From NCBI GenBank assembly GCA_000182565.2, contig KQ257460.1: 64,000 bases of DNA; one strand, written 5' to 3'. Every line of letters begins with the position of its first letter. The stretch's first letter is position 1. A model generated the notes under the pieces. The model had not been told where the DNA came from and ran no database searches. It worked only from the letters and a program-made list of their open reading frames with translations. The DNA is from Spizellomyces punctatus DAOM BR117 (Eukaryota). Of this stretch, positions 10,899-25,178 are shown in pieces. A program made the position numbers and the translations under genes.

Positions 10899-13442
10899 AT
10901 GCACGCATTTGCAAATAAACCTGGGAACCTTAATGTTCCATACTATGACCCAGAGTCGCTGATGAAGTTCAAGCAGCAGGCGGTGGAGCTACCTGGAACT
11001 CGAAAGGATGATACAGAGACTGGTGTGTTTCTACACGTTGACAGCACATTGTGTGCATCAGTGTGTTCTAATACACAAGTATGGTCTCATAGGAATCTTC
11101 CGGTCCGCCTTGTCCCCTGGAGAACTCGTCAAGGATTACCCCGGTATCAAAACTGTCTACGATCTTCTTGAGCAGGGTATCAAGACCAACCCGAACGGTC
11201 CTCTACTTGGACATCGTCGGGTGATCGGCCGGGACAAGACTGGAGCATTGCAATGGAGCGGCTATACGTGGGAAACGTACAAAAAGGTTGGTGAGCGGCG
11301 CCTCAACCTTGGTGCCGGTTTGCAGCAGATCTACACCGATGTCGTTGGTGGCGACGCTGAGGACAAGTACAACATTGGTATCTACTCGGTAAGTACCTGC
11401 AAAGTCAGTTGATGCTTTGCAACCAGCAACTGAGATTTGGGAATCAGATCAACCGCCCAGAATGGCTCATCACAAGTTGGGCAGCGGATGCGTACGCGCT
11501 TGCCACCGTTGCTCTCTACGATACGCTCGGTCCCGAGACCACAGAGTTCATCCTGAATCACGCTGATGTCCCGATTGTCGTGACCTCCATCGACAAGGTG
11601 CCTATCTTGCTAAAGCTGTCGGAGCAGATCCCGACCCTCAAGGCGATCGTTGTCATGGAGTCTTTGACACCTGGTGCCACGAACGGGCCATCTGCGTACA
11701 GCGTCCTCAAGCAATGGGCCACAGAAAAGGAGATTGCCTTGTATGAGTTTAATGAGGTGGAAGAGTTGGGTAAACAGAACCCCGTTCCTTTGCGATTGCC
11801 CGTTCCAGATGACATTTGGTGCATTTGCTACACGTCGGGAACAACCGGAAACCCCAAGGGTGCACTGTTGACACACGCCAATGCAGTTGCCGTCCAGCGC
11901 GCTACCGAAATGACAATTCCTATGTGGAAGGATGATATCCATTGTAGTTACCTCCCGCTGGCGCACGTGTTTGAAAAGGTGGTCATCAACTCGGTTGTTG
12001 TCAAGGGAGCCGCCATTGGCTTTTTCCGGGGTGATGGTACGTAGTCTTTTTTTTTGCATCTTTGTCAGGTACTGGTCCTTACTGGAACATTTGATTAGTT
12101 ACACTGTTGATGGACGATTTCACCACCTTGAAGCCCACTACCTTCCCCTCGGTTCCTCGTCTTCTCAACCGTATTTACGATAAAATCAACCAGGGAGCCC
12201 TAGAGTCTGGCTCCGCGGTGAAGGCAGGCCTTTTCCGCATGGCACTCAACTCCAAGCTTGAGGGTTTGAAACAGGGCTCACTAACGCACCCTGTTTGGGA
12301 CCGCCTGGTTTTCAATAAGGTGAAGGCGGTAATGGGTGGAAAAATGCGCTTCATCTTGTCTGGATCTGCTCCCCTTAGCAAGGATGTTATGGCTTTCTTG
12401 AGGGCCGCTTTTGGATTCCAAATCTCCGAAGGCTACGGTCAGACCGAGTCCACTGCTGGTTGTGGTGTCACCTGGCCTGGGGATTACACTGTGGGCCACG
12501 TGGGCCCGCCAATTGCTTGGTGAGTGTCGCATCGTCATCTACGCAGGGTGTATGAGATGATCCTCATGATGCTTTCGATTTAATGCAGCCAAGAAGTTAA
12601 GCTTGTTTCGGTCCCGGAGATGAACTACAATGCAAACGACAACAAAGGAGAAATCTGGATCCGTGGACACAACGTCTTCAAAGGTTACCACAAGGACCCT
12701 GAGAAGACTGCGGAGACTATCACTGAAGACGGCTGGCTTAAGACTGGTGATATCGGTTCCATTGACGAAAAGGGAAGAATCTACATTATCGATCGTAAGA
12801 AGAACATTTTCAAGTTGGCACAAGGAGAGTACATTGCCCCGGAGAAGGTGAGAAGTACTTGACGCTAAGGTTTGACCATGACGACCCTGCTTACACAGGT
12901 TCAATTAGATTGAAAACACGTACATTAAGAGTAACTTTGTTGCTCAGATGTATGTCCACGGTGACAGTTTGCAGAGCGAACTCGTCGGTGTGGTGGTCCC
13001 CGACCCCGAGTACAGCACTCAATGGGCCAAAGACCATGGTCTCCTCCCCGCCAACACCCCGGCCGGCGTACCACTTAACCCTGCGCAACCTCCCCAACCC
13101 CACATGGTGGAACTCTGCAAAAACCCCAAATTCCGTAAAGCCGTTCAAGCAGATCTTGACAGTTTTGGAAAAGCCGATAAACTTCGCGGTTTCGAATTTG
13201 TCAAGGCAATTCATCTGGAACCCGAAGTGTGGAGTGTGGACAACAACATGATGACACCGACTTTCAAGTTGAAGCGAAATGAAGCTGCGGTATGTATATC
13301 CAGCATTGTCAAAGATTGGTGAATGTTGCTGACGTTTATTTCTTGGTTATAGGATAAGTACAGGCCAATCATTGACGCATTGTACGAGGAAGTAGCAGCG
13401 GCCAAAGAAGCCCCGGTAGAAGCACCTAAGGCAAAGCTTTGA
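10899..13442 (+). CDS. Long-chain fatty acyl-CoA synthetase (ACSL/Faa2-like) with PTS1, multi-exon
   Basis: AMP-binding [55 protein letters not shown]; last exon ends EAPKAKL-stop. Confidence 0.93.
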
Positions 13443-13826
13443 AGAGTGTATTTATGTTTTGTGGACAGGCAGTGCGCTATTGTTTACAGGCGGCTTGTTG
13501 TAGAAAGTCCCTAGATTCTTGATCCTGGTGAAAGATTTGTTTTTTTTTTTTTGCATACAGTTTGGTGTGAACGTGAAGTAATTATCGATATATGCTGCTG
13601 GAACGTGGTTGGTATTTGCATAATTGGGAAATGCCCCGTTGAGAGAATCAGCAGAAAGTGAAGCCCGTAATTACTCGAAACATCGAATTGTGCGCCCGCT
13701 GTCACCGAGACGCAAACCCATTTCATTCCTCCAATTGCGCAGGCAAACAGTGTGACCATTTAAACCACTGGAAGTTGCTTATCACAAGTCGATCAAATCC
13801 AGAGTCCTCAGCATATTCTACAAACG

Positions 13827-15021
13827 ATGAGGCATTTGCAATCTTGTGAAATCAGCAAGTCTTCCATACAAAAAACTCCTCCGAATCCCGCACACTTTCC
13901 AGACTTGCACGTAAGAAAACAACACAGTCCTATCCCTCGGCCCTTCCTGATCTTGTCGGAATAGTTCGTTTACAGCCCAAGCCATGACGGGGTTGACCAC
14001 AACCTTCTCATTCTCTTCCACGGACTTGGTATGTCATTCCCATTCACAATGACCCTTTCCTACCATTGCTCACACAGTTGTGCTTAGGAGATACACCAGG
14101 TACCAACTCCTAACGAGATGACTATATATGCAGAATTCAACAAGTGACCACTATGCTGGGAATGCAGAGAACTTTATAAACTTTGGAAAAAAGATGCGAC
14201 TGCCCCAAACGTCCCTGTTGGCCATAAAAGGGCCTTGTCCGATACCGTATCATGAAGGGACTGGATGGGCTCCCGCATTTGATGCCGAGGGAAATGGTGC
14301 GGTTCAGTCTTTGAGTACGAATATATGGGTGGATAACTGACAACAGATTATCATGGACAGAGCGACCCCATTCTTCTGCTGTCGTGCAAGAGGCCGTCAA
14401 GACAACTCGCAACCTCCTCGTTAACCTTCTCAACAAAGCCATCTTGGCCAGTCCAGAAGCTCCTGACCGCTGGCCAGCAGAAAACATCTTTTTGTTTGGG
14501 TTTTCTCAAGGAGGAGTTTGTGCGATTGATCTAGCCCTTTTCGGGACCATCAGGCTAGGCGGTGCAGTTAGTGTCAGTGGATGGCCAAGTGAAGCCTTGT
14601 ACAGCGGGAAGCTACCAGAGGTGAACAAGGGTGTGAAATTGCTGATAACGCAAGGACTGAACGATGACGTTATTGGCCATAATGAGTGGAAAAAGAGGGT
14701 CAGTGCTGCCAATTGATTTACTGTCGTTTGTAACAAGGTAGTAATAGTGGGCATGAAGATGACGTTTCTCAAGAGAGTGATACCACAAGACGGCAAGCTC
14801 GAGGTCCATGAGATCCCAGGCAAGGGACATACAATGCCGAATTCTGCGGTATGGAAAAGATCGGTTGTGAATTTTTGTCAAAGGATGCAAAGCCTGATAC
14901 TTTTGCTCCGCAGGTGGAGATGAGGGCAATTATGGCGTTCTTTGGAGCGAATCTATCATTACGGAGTTTAGCATTGGAGGCGATGTCGGATGTATATGAG
15001 GTGAAGATGCAGCCTGAGTAG
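13827..15021 (+). CDS. Phospholipase/carboxylesterase family alpha/beta hydrolase, multi-exon
   Basis: Spliced model gives DGVDHNLLILFHGLGD, the nucleophile motif FLFGFSQGG, QGLNDDVI and PGKGH; start and stop inferred from in-frame exons. Confidence 0.8.
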
Positions 15022-15331
15022 CGGTGGGCATCTTAGCTTCGCTATGCAGGTGCATGAGGCATATCTGGGATGGCTGGTTGGCGGATCTGGCCAACTGGTT
15101 TCCATTGCACTGCATCACCAAAAAGTAAATTGCACATATAAGGATAGATACTTGCGTTTGTTATTGTAAATCTACATGTAAAATATCATTCATTTTTACA
15201 TTCCACTTTCTAAAACATGTAACTAGAAATTATCTAACCAAAGAAACTTTAGCTAAATACAAAAAAACAAACGTCCCAAAAAGAAAATACACAGCCAAAA
15301 AGCAATCTAGATTTATACAGATCGGCGTAAA

Positions 15332-16215
15332 TCACCGCCATTTCTTTGCGCCGTTTTTGTCGACGATGAGAAGAGCGGGTTCAGGTTGAGAAGTTTCCGA
15401 AGGAGGATCAAGGTCCGATGTACACATGGGGCAACGTGTAGCTTTGATGGGAACGTCTTTGCAGCAGAATGGGCACTCCTTGGTCTTGACATCGGGCTTC
15501 TTGCGACGGAACGCAGCAGCATAGACTGATTGAGACATGAGAGTTAGTCAAAAATGTCTGTAAAGATTGTGCACGGCGCTGCTTACTTTTAACAATGAAG
15601 AAAATGATGACCGAGATGATCAAAAAGTTGATTACGCTCTGAACAAAGTTACCCCTAAAATTTAGGATCGGTAAGGGTACGATCGCGATCAGGATCAACA
15701 AGGATCAGTATTGCTTACCAGTTCCTAAAGAGAGCAGCAGCGTTAATAAAGGATTCAGGAGTAGCGCATGTAATACTATGTGCTTACCATGTTACTGCGC
15801 CCGCTTTTTGAGCTTCAGCGGTCGTCTTCCAAAAGTCCTGACAAAAGGAGCGGGGAGGATAGTCCGGAAAGAAAGGCTGGCTTGCGTTAACAGCTTTGGG
15901 ACAACGCAGGATCAAAAAGTTGTTGGCCAAGTTGGCCGACGTTGCCAACGAAATGAAGGGCGTGAAAATGTCTTGCACAAGCGAGGTAACGATCGCTGTG
16001 AAAGCCGCTCCCATAACGATACCGACCGCGAGGTCAACCACGTTACCCCGGTTCAAGAACTCTTTAAAGTTGTCCAGGACACCGCCGACAGCTTTGACGC
16101 CCTTCATGGCACCGCTTCCCACTTGGTCTGCAAACTTGTTCACGCCCTTCTTTTCAACTTTGGGAGAGCCCATTGGGTAGGCCTCGATATCCATGTCTCG
16201 CTGTCTTCCTGACAT
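15332..16215 (-). CDS. mscL: Large-conductance mechanosensitive channel MscL with C-terminal CxxC-CxxC zinc ribbon
   Basis: [37 protein letters not shown]; second helix [15 protein letters not shown] restored by a 6-nt exon (15719-15724); tail [22 protein letters not shown]. Confidence 0.92.
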
Positions 16216-16940
16216 TTTGCTGTCTCTCGTTAAACTCGTCCGCCAACTACAATCGCAAACAGATCCCGGGCGATTGCAACGCAAGGTCCTCCCTTTTTAT
16301 TTTCCGTCCCAGTTGCAAAAACCATCTTCTTTCTGAAACGCGTTGGCCGTCGGAGGTTGTGTAATCTCGTGACTTTTGTGTAGGTAAGCATATTCCGCGC
16401 CAAAATCCAACGATCGATCCACCGCCGAACCATTTGACATGCTCAACTTTTCTTGCGATGCTTTGGTGGTGGTCTTTCTGCTTCCGTTGGGTGGGATGGC
16501 TGTTCTTTAAGTGCTTTGATTGACGTTCCAACTATAAGTGTTGATCGATACGTTTTAACACGTTGCATGAACGTTGTGGGTGTGCTGATCTCGCCATGGC
16601 CAGAAGGATTCTATCAACGTGACTGTGCCGCCGCATCACGCCCCCAGCCTCCGCGTCCGACAAGCGTCTTCTGGACTGCGATAATAACCTCAAAAGTTGA
16701 CAATTTCCCCCTCCATTGTTGTTTGGACATTTTGTTGCAACCCGGCATTGGTCAGGCATCTACACTGTCGTCCGAGCAGATACTTTGGGGTCTGCCAGCG
16801 GTTTCAGCAATCCATTGTCGGCACGTTTGGCGACTTGCAGCGAAAACGGTCACCAACAGCCACAACAACAGTAGCTTGTCAGTGATACAATTACCTCTTG
16901 CTCCCCACACTTCAACAGCGTACGCCCTATCACATCAACC

Positions 16941-18152
16941 ATGTCCTCAATGGAGCGCTACATTCGTTTGGAAAAGCTTGGAGAAGGAACTTATGCCACT
17001 GTGTACAAGGGCAAAAACCGCAACGACGGTTCCATCGTTGCTCTGAAGGAAATTCATCTCGATAATGAAGAAGGTGCACCATCCACAGCTATACGGGAAA
17101 TATCGTTAATGAAAGAACTGCGACATCCAAATATCGTCCGTCTCCACGATGTCATTCACACTGAAAAGACATTGACGCTGGTGTTTGAGTACATGGACCA
17201 GGATTTGAAAAAGTATATGGATTCATTGGGAACGGGTGGAATGATTCAGCCGCATATGGCCAAATGGTTCATGTATCAGTTGTTGAAGGGGATAGCCTTT
17301 TGTCATGATAACCGCGTGCTGCATAGAGATTTGAAACCACAGAACCTGGTATGTAGAATTTTCATCGCCCACGCAAACAATCAACCAGGATCATTAACAA
17401 TATGCACATAGCTCATCAATTCCAAAGGCGAGCTAAAACTTGGCGATTTTGGTCTTGCTCGTGCATTTGGTATCCCCGTCAACACCTTCTCCAACGAAGT
17501 CGTAACCCTCTGGTACCGCGCCCCCGACGTCCTCCTCGGATCCCGCAACTACTCCACTTCCATTGACATTTGGTCGGCAGGCTGTATCATGGCCGAAATG
17601 TACTCGGGAAAACCGCTCTTTCCAGGTAAAACAAACGAAGACCAACTCTACAAAATCTTTAAACTCCTCGGAACACCGACGGATGAGATTTGGCCACGAG
17701 TATCAGAGCTACCCGAGTACAAACCAAACTGGCCGATATATCAGGGACAAGTCCTCTCATCGAAAATACCTAACATGGACTGGATGGGATACGATCTATT
17801 GAGCAAAATGCTGGTTTATGAGCCAACTCGAAGAATAAGCGCCAAGGACGCTTTGAACCACGTTTACTTCCACGACTTTTTGCAGGCTCAGTACGGTCAG
17901 CCTGTTGCTTCCCCTCAGTTCTTGGCGGCTGGTATGCCTACGCCGATGATGACACCCGCCATGATGCAAGGCATGCCTGCCATGCCCGTACAGGGCATGC
18001 CACCCGTGGGAGTACCTGTAAATTTAGCTGGAGTACAGGCAGTTGGACCGAATGGCGCGGTATTGACTGCGAATAACATGGGTATGCCGGGTATGGGTGG
18101 CGTAGGGGGAGTCAATGGGTTGGGAGGTATGGGTGGGAATTACTTATCATGA
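16941..18152 (+). CDS. PHO85: Pho85-like cyclin-dependent kinase with Met/Pro/Gly-rich tail
   Basis: [36 protein letters not shown], one intron (~17350-17411), [27 protein letters not shown]. Confidence 0.93.
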
Positions 18153-18233
18153 TAATACATATCATTTTGTCTGTTTGTCAACATTATCTATTAGCGATCA
18201 TGATATATTGCTGATGCTGATGATTAAAGATAT

Positions 18234-21200
18234 CTAACTAAAACTTGTAAAAGACCATTCAGACTGATTTCCCTCTCTACTAGTTCCATTAACCCTCATG
18301 GTAACGTCCTCATTTCTCCTGATTTCCCATGTTCCAAAGTAATGTCGGTTGGTCCGAATGGTGATGACCTTGACAAAGCGGTTGAACGTGACAGTTCGTA
18401 AGCGCGCAAAGGACCCGGACGGTATTGTCGAGACTGCTGCCAGGAAGGCATCCAATGAATCGATACTTTGGCCGTTAATCTACAAATGTCATACAGATTA
18501 CATCCATAGCTTGAGCAAGAATAGAGCAGCTTCCAGGCAGATCTTTACCTCCGTTACCCATGTGAGTGGATGCAAATTGTAAAGCTGAGAGGGTGACCCA
18601 TCATATACAACCGAGCATAAAACCCCTGAAATCCCCGAAATGAATACCAAACATGTCCACAGCACAGATCTCATCAAACTTACCATTCGGCACATCCTTT
18701 AATTGCTGATAAACAGCCTTATGTGGCACTAGAGATCGAGAGTCAGTGAGGATCTCAGTCTTACGTTTATACAACCACCTACTCTGAAAAATTGCTCCCG
18801 ACCATCCGACGATCCTCTCAGTTCCAGTAGCGTCCAAAAGCGACAAGGGAACCGAAATATTCGCTTCGTTTCCTTCGCGCAGTACGGTCTTTTACGAGGC
18901 TTATTAATGCCACACAACATGATAAGACGCGTCATCCAAACACCTACCAGTTCCAGTGTGTCTCGTCCGACGTGGTCCATAATGTCCATAAACTTGGTCG
19001 CAGGTTGGCCGTCCACAGCAAGGATCAAATCGCCTTCTTTCAACAATTTGGACGCATCCGTGCCCGATGTCAACCGGCGCACGACCAACACATTTCGCCG
19101 ACTGAGGTGTGATCCTTCGATGCGTTTTACCTACAAGATACATGTGTCAAAACCCAACCTATTCGGCTTCCATCATGATCAATTGAACGATACTGACCCA
19201 TTCATCACTCAAGCCGAGTATTCTCGCATGAGCAATTTGCGCATACGTCAATTCTACCTCCAGCCCTTTCAATACTGGTCTGTCGCCACGCCTCAACTGC
19301 TCAATGACAGGTAATGCCACCTCAATGGGCAGTCCCAAATAAAACTCATTTCGACTTTTAGCGGCATGCTTCGTATATGCTGCATATAGCGCCTGGACAT
19401 GCCCTTGCGAATCAGTCAGCACGCCGCCCTGTGAGACAGGATTCTCCAGTTCGATCCCCTCAACGTTCATGGCGCGATAAGCAGGTGGAATGGGTTCATT
19501 AACGTAGAATTGGCGTACGTTTGTAACAACCGTTTTGCGAACAATAGGCTGGTAGGATTTTGTGAGAGCGATCAGGAAAACCGGGTCGCCTTGATTCAGC
19601 GGCTTATTTGAGATAGTGGCTTCCTGGACAAACGTTTGACCCAGCAGTTCCACCCCGTATTGAACGATAGCATAGTTGTACACTTGGTGAAGGTAGACCA
19701 GTCGTCCTGGGACGATGATCGAGTTCGCAAATGTTAATAAGATATCGCCCACAGAGGTCGGTATGGCGTGCTTGTCCACAATGACAAGTCCTTTGGTCGA
19801 ATCGATGACCAAACCGATTCCATTATGAACTTGATGGATTACGCCATCAATTCGGAAAGGCAGATGAAATTCTACATGCACCAGTGCAGGTACTACGGCG
19901 CGAGCTGGTCCCAAGCTTTCATCCAATCTAATATGCGACGCAGTATGGGGTTTAAAAACCGCCTCGCCAATACAGGGTGGCAGGGGGGCATAATCCCATA
20001 CACCGGTTTTGTCGTTCCGGGTCGCCATATTAAAGGGATGCCAGCGTCGGTCAACCTGTACCAAGGCCAACTTCTCCTTATTGATATCGCTCAGGTGATA
20101 GTGTCTGATCGGGACTCGCTCATTATTCTTCAAGCTGCTCATGACCTCAACAAACCGGTCGATTGTAGGCGTAGGGACATTGTTCAGCGCTGTGATGACG
20201 CATCTCCTTTGTATTCCAGCCAGATGCAACATATAGCCAGCACCTAACAATAGTAAATAAATGACTACTCCCCTGGGCAGAAGAGAGTGCTAGACTCACC
20301 AGCAACGAATACACCTCCAACGGGCACCATAAAACTTCGTGCTATTTGGTATGATAGGTTATTCAAGATCCCTCCACCGACTTCGACAAACCGATCCGGG
20401 GTAATACTATGGAGGTCTTGAACGCGTAGCACAATGTCCTTCACCTCAAGCCCTCTATGATACCACCACAATCGTCAAATCGGGAACATCCCATCAAAGT
20501 TACGACACTGCCCACCTTTGCACAAGCAGATGAATCTCTTCATTAACACTCGAGTCCAAAATCTCCTCGAGAGGAACAAACGAAATCAGAGACTGGCCAT
20601 TGACCTTCAGTAAAATATCGCCCGCCTGCATTGTGCCCTGCTTAGTGACATATTTTCAAGGTCATGACAGCGCATATCACACAGACCTCCAGTCGACCAT
20701 CCGCGGGCCCTTTTGGCACGACCTGACTAGAAGATGGTATGTTAAGCATAACAGATTCCGTGATAATAATGACCACCAGTTGCAGACATACCTGACTGTC
20801 AGCATACCAGTGCTCTCAGGGAACATATCACGCACAGTGGCTTCTTTGGGAGCATCAAGGCCCAGTCGCTTGACTTCATCGTACGGAGTGAATCTTTTCA
20901 GTTAAGAAAAAAAAAAGAGAGAAGTAAATCCTTTTACATCTGATCACCTACGTTCCCATCCATTCAATCAGAAGGGCTTACTTGAAAACTGTCTGAACCG
21001 TTCCTGATGCCACAATGAGCACACCCAGCCAAATTCCAAAAGATCATTTTGCTCTTACCTCTAGGAATTGGTTGACCTTGCTGAATCAATTTCAATACGC
21101 GAACGACTCTATCCAGTGGTAAGAAGAAGCTTGAAGCGCTCAAAGTAGCTCCCCCTACAACAAAGACTGTTGGTCGACATGGTAGCGCAGGAGTGTGGAA

Positions 21201-22629
21201 TTCACGGGTCATTACCTGCATTCAGTGCAATGGCATTTCCTTCAACATTGATAACTGGTGATCCGGAGCTGCCTAAAATGCAATCGTTTATCTGATCAGC
21301 AAAATACTGACTTTCAATCTCCTCGTCATCATCACGATCGCGCACTCACCTCCCGACGTCATAGACGCCGCTTGGTAATAGACTAAGAAGGGGCTCGCGT
21401 GAGCCAATGCGTAAAAAGCGATAGCAAAAGGTGATCCAACCCACAGGTGTTCCAATCTGCACGCATCCAAATCAGTTGGATCTCAATCAATAACCGACGA
21501 GATTGGGTACGCGATCAAAGAGCCCAACCAACCGTTAAATCTCCCTGCCCCGTAGTACGGTGCTTTTCGATCTAGTCTGTTCACGATGGATAGCTTAGAT
21601 GCTAGTGATCTATAGGAGTAAAGTTGCAAACAACGTACCTCGCTAATGTCCCGCTTAATATGCTTAGTCTCTCTCCAGAGTCGTTGCCGACCTAAACGGT
21701 CAAAGCAAGTACATAGATCAGTGACCTTAATGAAACACAGCAAGTCAACGGCATGCCTCGGCATTACCACACGTATATCAATGCCAACGCGAGCTTGCTC
21801 GGGTGCCAGCGGAATCTCGACGATCTGTAACAAATCATTAAGTTTTGGGAAGAGAAGCGACCTTTTACCGTAGACGCACCTTCATGTACTTCACAGTGGA
21901 AGCATCAAATTGGAAGAAGCTACAAGAAGTGCATAAGCGACTAGTCATTCTGTGTCTCTCGTCTTCCATAGATGACAGCATTACCCAAAGTCATGGACTG
22001 TAGACGGGAAGAAAGAATTGTCAAATTTAACCAGACAAATAGTCACCGTAATCCATGCAGCACACCTACCCGGATCACGATATATCGGAGTCAATTGTAT
22101 TTCTTCCTTTGATTCATTTAAAATCGCTTCGGCCAAGATAGGCCCCGGTTGTACCACATGTCGGTTGGTCAAGACAATCTGCCACATAGGAGTGTAAGAA
22201 AGGCATAAGCCAGTGTCCCCTTCGTACTATATCCACGCAGTGGCCGCACCCCTCTCGTCTTATCAACAATGAATCCACTTGCTTGAGATGCACGCTGATA
22301 TTCCGTATCTATCGATAGATAAGAGACCTTCAATAATGCGAACAATAAAGGAGGCAGACGATAACTTACCAAAGTTCCGCACGCTTATAAACCGAATGCT
22401 GACAATGGCGGGAATGACATTCTTTAATGTTTGCTCCCACTGCGAGCTGTTCGCTGTATGTCGGGAGTCGTAAAGCTCTGAGAGCTGGTCCGGTGGTGGT
22501 ACCGTTCCCACCTATTGGCAAGGTCGACATGATGAAAAGCTACAGACGGCACAGATGTTAAAATACCTCTTCGTCGTCAGGTCTGATAAGCCCTCCGCCG
22601 TTGCCCTCATCTTGCGCGTCGACCTCCAT
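18234..22629 (-). CDS. NMA111: Nma111/Ynm3-type HtrA-like serine protease with PDZ domains, many exons
   Basis: ASGFIVDKTRG, LTNRHVV, YRDPVHDFG, NDWNTFYYQAASMTSGGSSGSP (spliced), VQDLHSITPDRFVEVGG; duplicated protease/PDZ half. Confidence 0.92.
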
Positions 22630-22960
22630 TTTATGCACGGTGGTTATCGCAAGAATACGGATCGTTCAGCGTACGGCCTTTATCCAAAAAAACGATGGCA
22701 ATTCTATCGGTAAACGTAAACGAGCGTGGCAAAAACACTTTGGAAAACCGGACGCGATTGCCTCGATCATCATGTCTTACTCAAGATTGCCCCAACCGCA
22801 TCCATGCATTCCACTCACAATCCACCCAAGTTTAACCATCATTATATCACGTGTGATATTTGTTGCCATGGCATTTCATGACAAAGCGTTTGAATTGTTT
22901 TTGTTCGTCCTTCTCCGCTCGCGGTGGAATTGGGCTTGCCATTTTGTTGACGGCACAACC

Positions 22961-24177
22961 ATGCGCTACATTACCAGCGATGAAGTAGGTCTTATTAAAA
23001 TCACCTCCATACCCCGATCCACACCCACCCCTAAAAAACCACGGACAAACGCATCCACACCATCCATCCCTCCACCCCGCACCCTAGGGACAATTGACAG
23101 AGAAGCTGAGATCCAGTTCATATGTTTTGCATCATCCCAACAAACGGTACTCGTAGCCCGCAAAAATGGCGTAGCAGAATACTGGGACATTGAAGCAGGT
23201 TCCATTGTTAGACATCACAAGGTGTTTGAACAAGAGGTGGATGAGCAGGGAAAAGTTGTGTTAAACAAGCATCGCAAGGGGGAGCATTTTGTGGGTGTTG
23301 CCGATGTCGATGGGTAAGCTAGAGAGTATCTTGAGCTCTGTTTGGATTTGTTTTGATCTTTCTCGACGTTAGGACATTGGTTGCCTGCACAGATCGGGGA
23401 AATCTTCACGTCATGCCTCCCCCGACGGGCTCACCCGCCTTTCCACCGGGAACCTACAATCTGAAGCGGACACTACTTTTTCGGGCACAAGTGCATTCAT
23501 CTAACCCTCACCTCCTGGCAACAGGGGGAGACGAACAAGATTTAACACTGTGGGATCTCTCAACACTCGCAAACCCCCCAACACCAAAATGGACGGCCAA
23601 AAATGTTGCAAACGATTACCTGGACATGCGTGTACCGATCTGGATAACGAATCTTGCATTCGTGTCTGCTACGCGCATTATAACGATTTCTGCCCATTCT
23701 CATTTGAGACTGTACGATACCACTGTTGCACGTCGGCCCATTATCAATATCACGGTGGGCGAGTCTCCTCTCAAAAGCCTTGGTTTTTACGAAAACGGAA
23801 ACAGCATCCAAACCATTGTATCCGATACAACCGGGCATCTTCTCGACTACACCCTGGACCCGCACACAAAAACAGCCAAGCTGGTTGGAAAGTTCCCAGT
23901 GTCGCCAGGAGCCATCACAAGCATCAGCGCATCAAAAGATTCGGTAGTAGTGGTAGGATTGGATCGGTTCGTCAGGGTGTATGATCAAGAACGAAAGTTG
24001 GCGCGAAAAGTGTATTTGAAGCAGCGGTTAACGGGACTGCTGGTGGATGAGGTGGAGGAGGAGGTGGAAGAGGCCGAAGAGGAGGAGAAGGGGGAGGAGG
24101 ATGTGTGGGCAGAAATGGATCGTGTTGGGGAAAAAGAGGAAAAAGCACCGACTAAAAAGCTGAAACGAAAGAAATAA
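22961..24177 (+). CDS. NSA1: Ribosome biogenesis WD40 protein Nsa1/WDR74
   Basis: MRYITSDEVGLIK, LATGGDEQDL, WTAKNVANDYLDMRVPIW, VGLDRFVRVYD, KVYLKQRLT; one intron (~23314-23372); acidic/basic tail. Confidence 0.9.
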
Positions 24178-24211
24178 AAGAAATCTCTATTTATTACCTC
24201 TTTATAAAATC

Positions 24212-24789
24212 TCACAGCTCCTCCACCTCAAACGGGTGCACCATCTTTACAGTCTCTGCTTGTCCTTCCCTCCTCTCTAGAGTATCCTCCTTATCAGAAA
24301 TCCCAACGTCCATTACCTCCACTGTCTCCTTCTTGATTCGAGAGCGATTTAGGAGCCCTCGGACACCTATACTTGGTTCAGATGGGTCGTCTGTAAAGGC
24401 TGCTTTGGAGCGGGGTGGTCCGTCGGGGGATTGGTCAAGTGCGTTTGTTGATCCATGTGTTGAGCGGGTGGTGGGTTGTAATGGTGGCTCCACCTTTGAT
24501 GACTCCAAGATTGGTGCATCAATATGCTCATCGAAGTCTTCGTCAACCACCAAATGTTCATCTGTCATCGTGAGCTCTGCCTTGACCACCTGATTATCAT
24601 CAACCGGCACATCAACTATTTTCATTTCACTTTTTGTCTCTTTTTCATTGCCTTGTTTTTCCTGCACTGGGTGAACACTCTCCTTGGATCCTACGGAAAC
24701 AAATCATTATTTACAATCAAATGGTATCGCGACACAAAACACTCACCTCTTGAGCCCAGACATGGACACAGTTTATGCAAAAATGACAT
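24212..24789 (-). CDS. Hypothetical hydrophilic protein, two exons, N-terminus MSFLHKLCPCLG (possible acylation motif)
   Basis: A short first exon with a GTGAGT donor joins in frame to the 151-aa ORF at 24212-24667; low-complexity acidic sequence. Confidence 0.55.
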
Positions 24790-25178
24790 TATGGGCGGGC
24801 TCGTCTGTGGTTATCGGACGTGCTTTGCTGCGGGCGGACATTCGGTCGCGTGGTAAGCCTCGCTTACGTAATGCACACTCTCGTTTAAGTGTTGCAGTCA
24901 TTATTTCAAAGTTGTTACTTTGTGAATGTGGACAAACGGATGAAAGGAAGTGGGTGCTTTATGGGTTGTATGGGTCGACAAAGAAAAAGCTTTGCAAAAA
25001 ACCAGTTTGTTGGCCGTTCGTCGTCGACGTTTCGCTTAACAAAAAGGTCACGACGCGAGGCTAAACGGGCTTGTGTGCAGGCGGAACATCTTTTACCCCC
25101 TGGGGTGTTCAACGTTTGTCGGAGTGCACCGAACACCGTTTTATCTCTTTAGGCTCCTCCTCTGCTATCCCGTCGACC

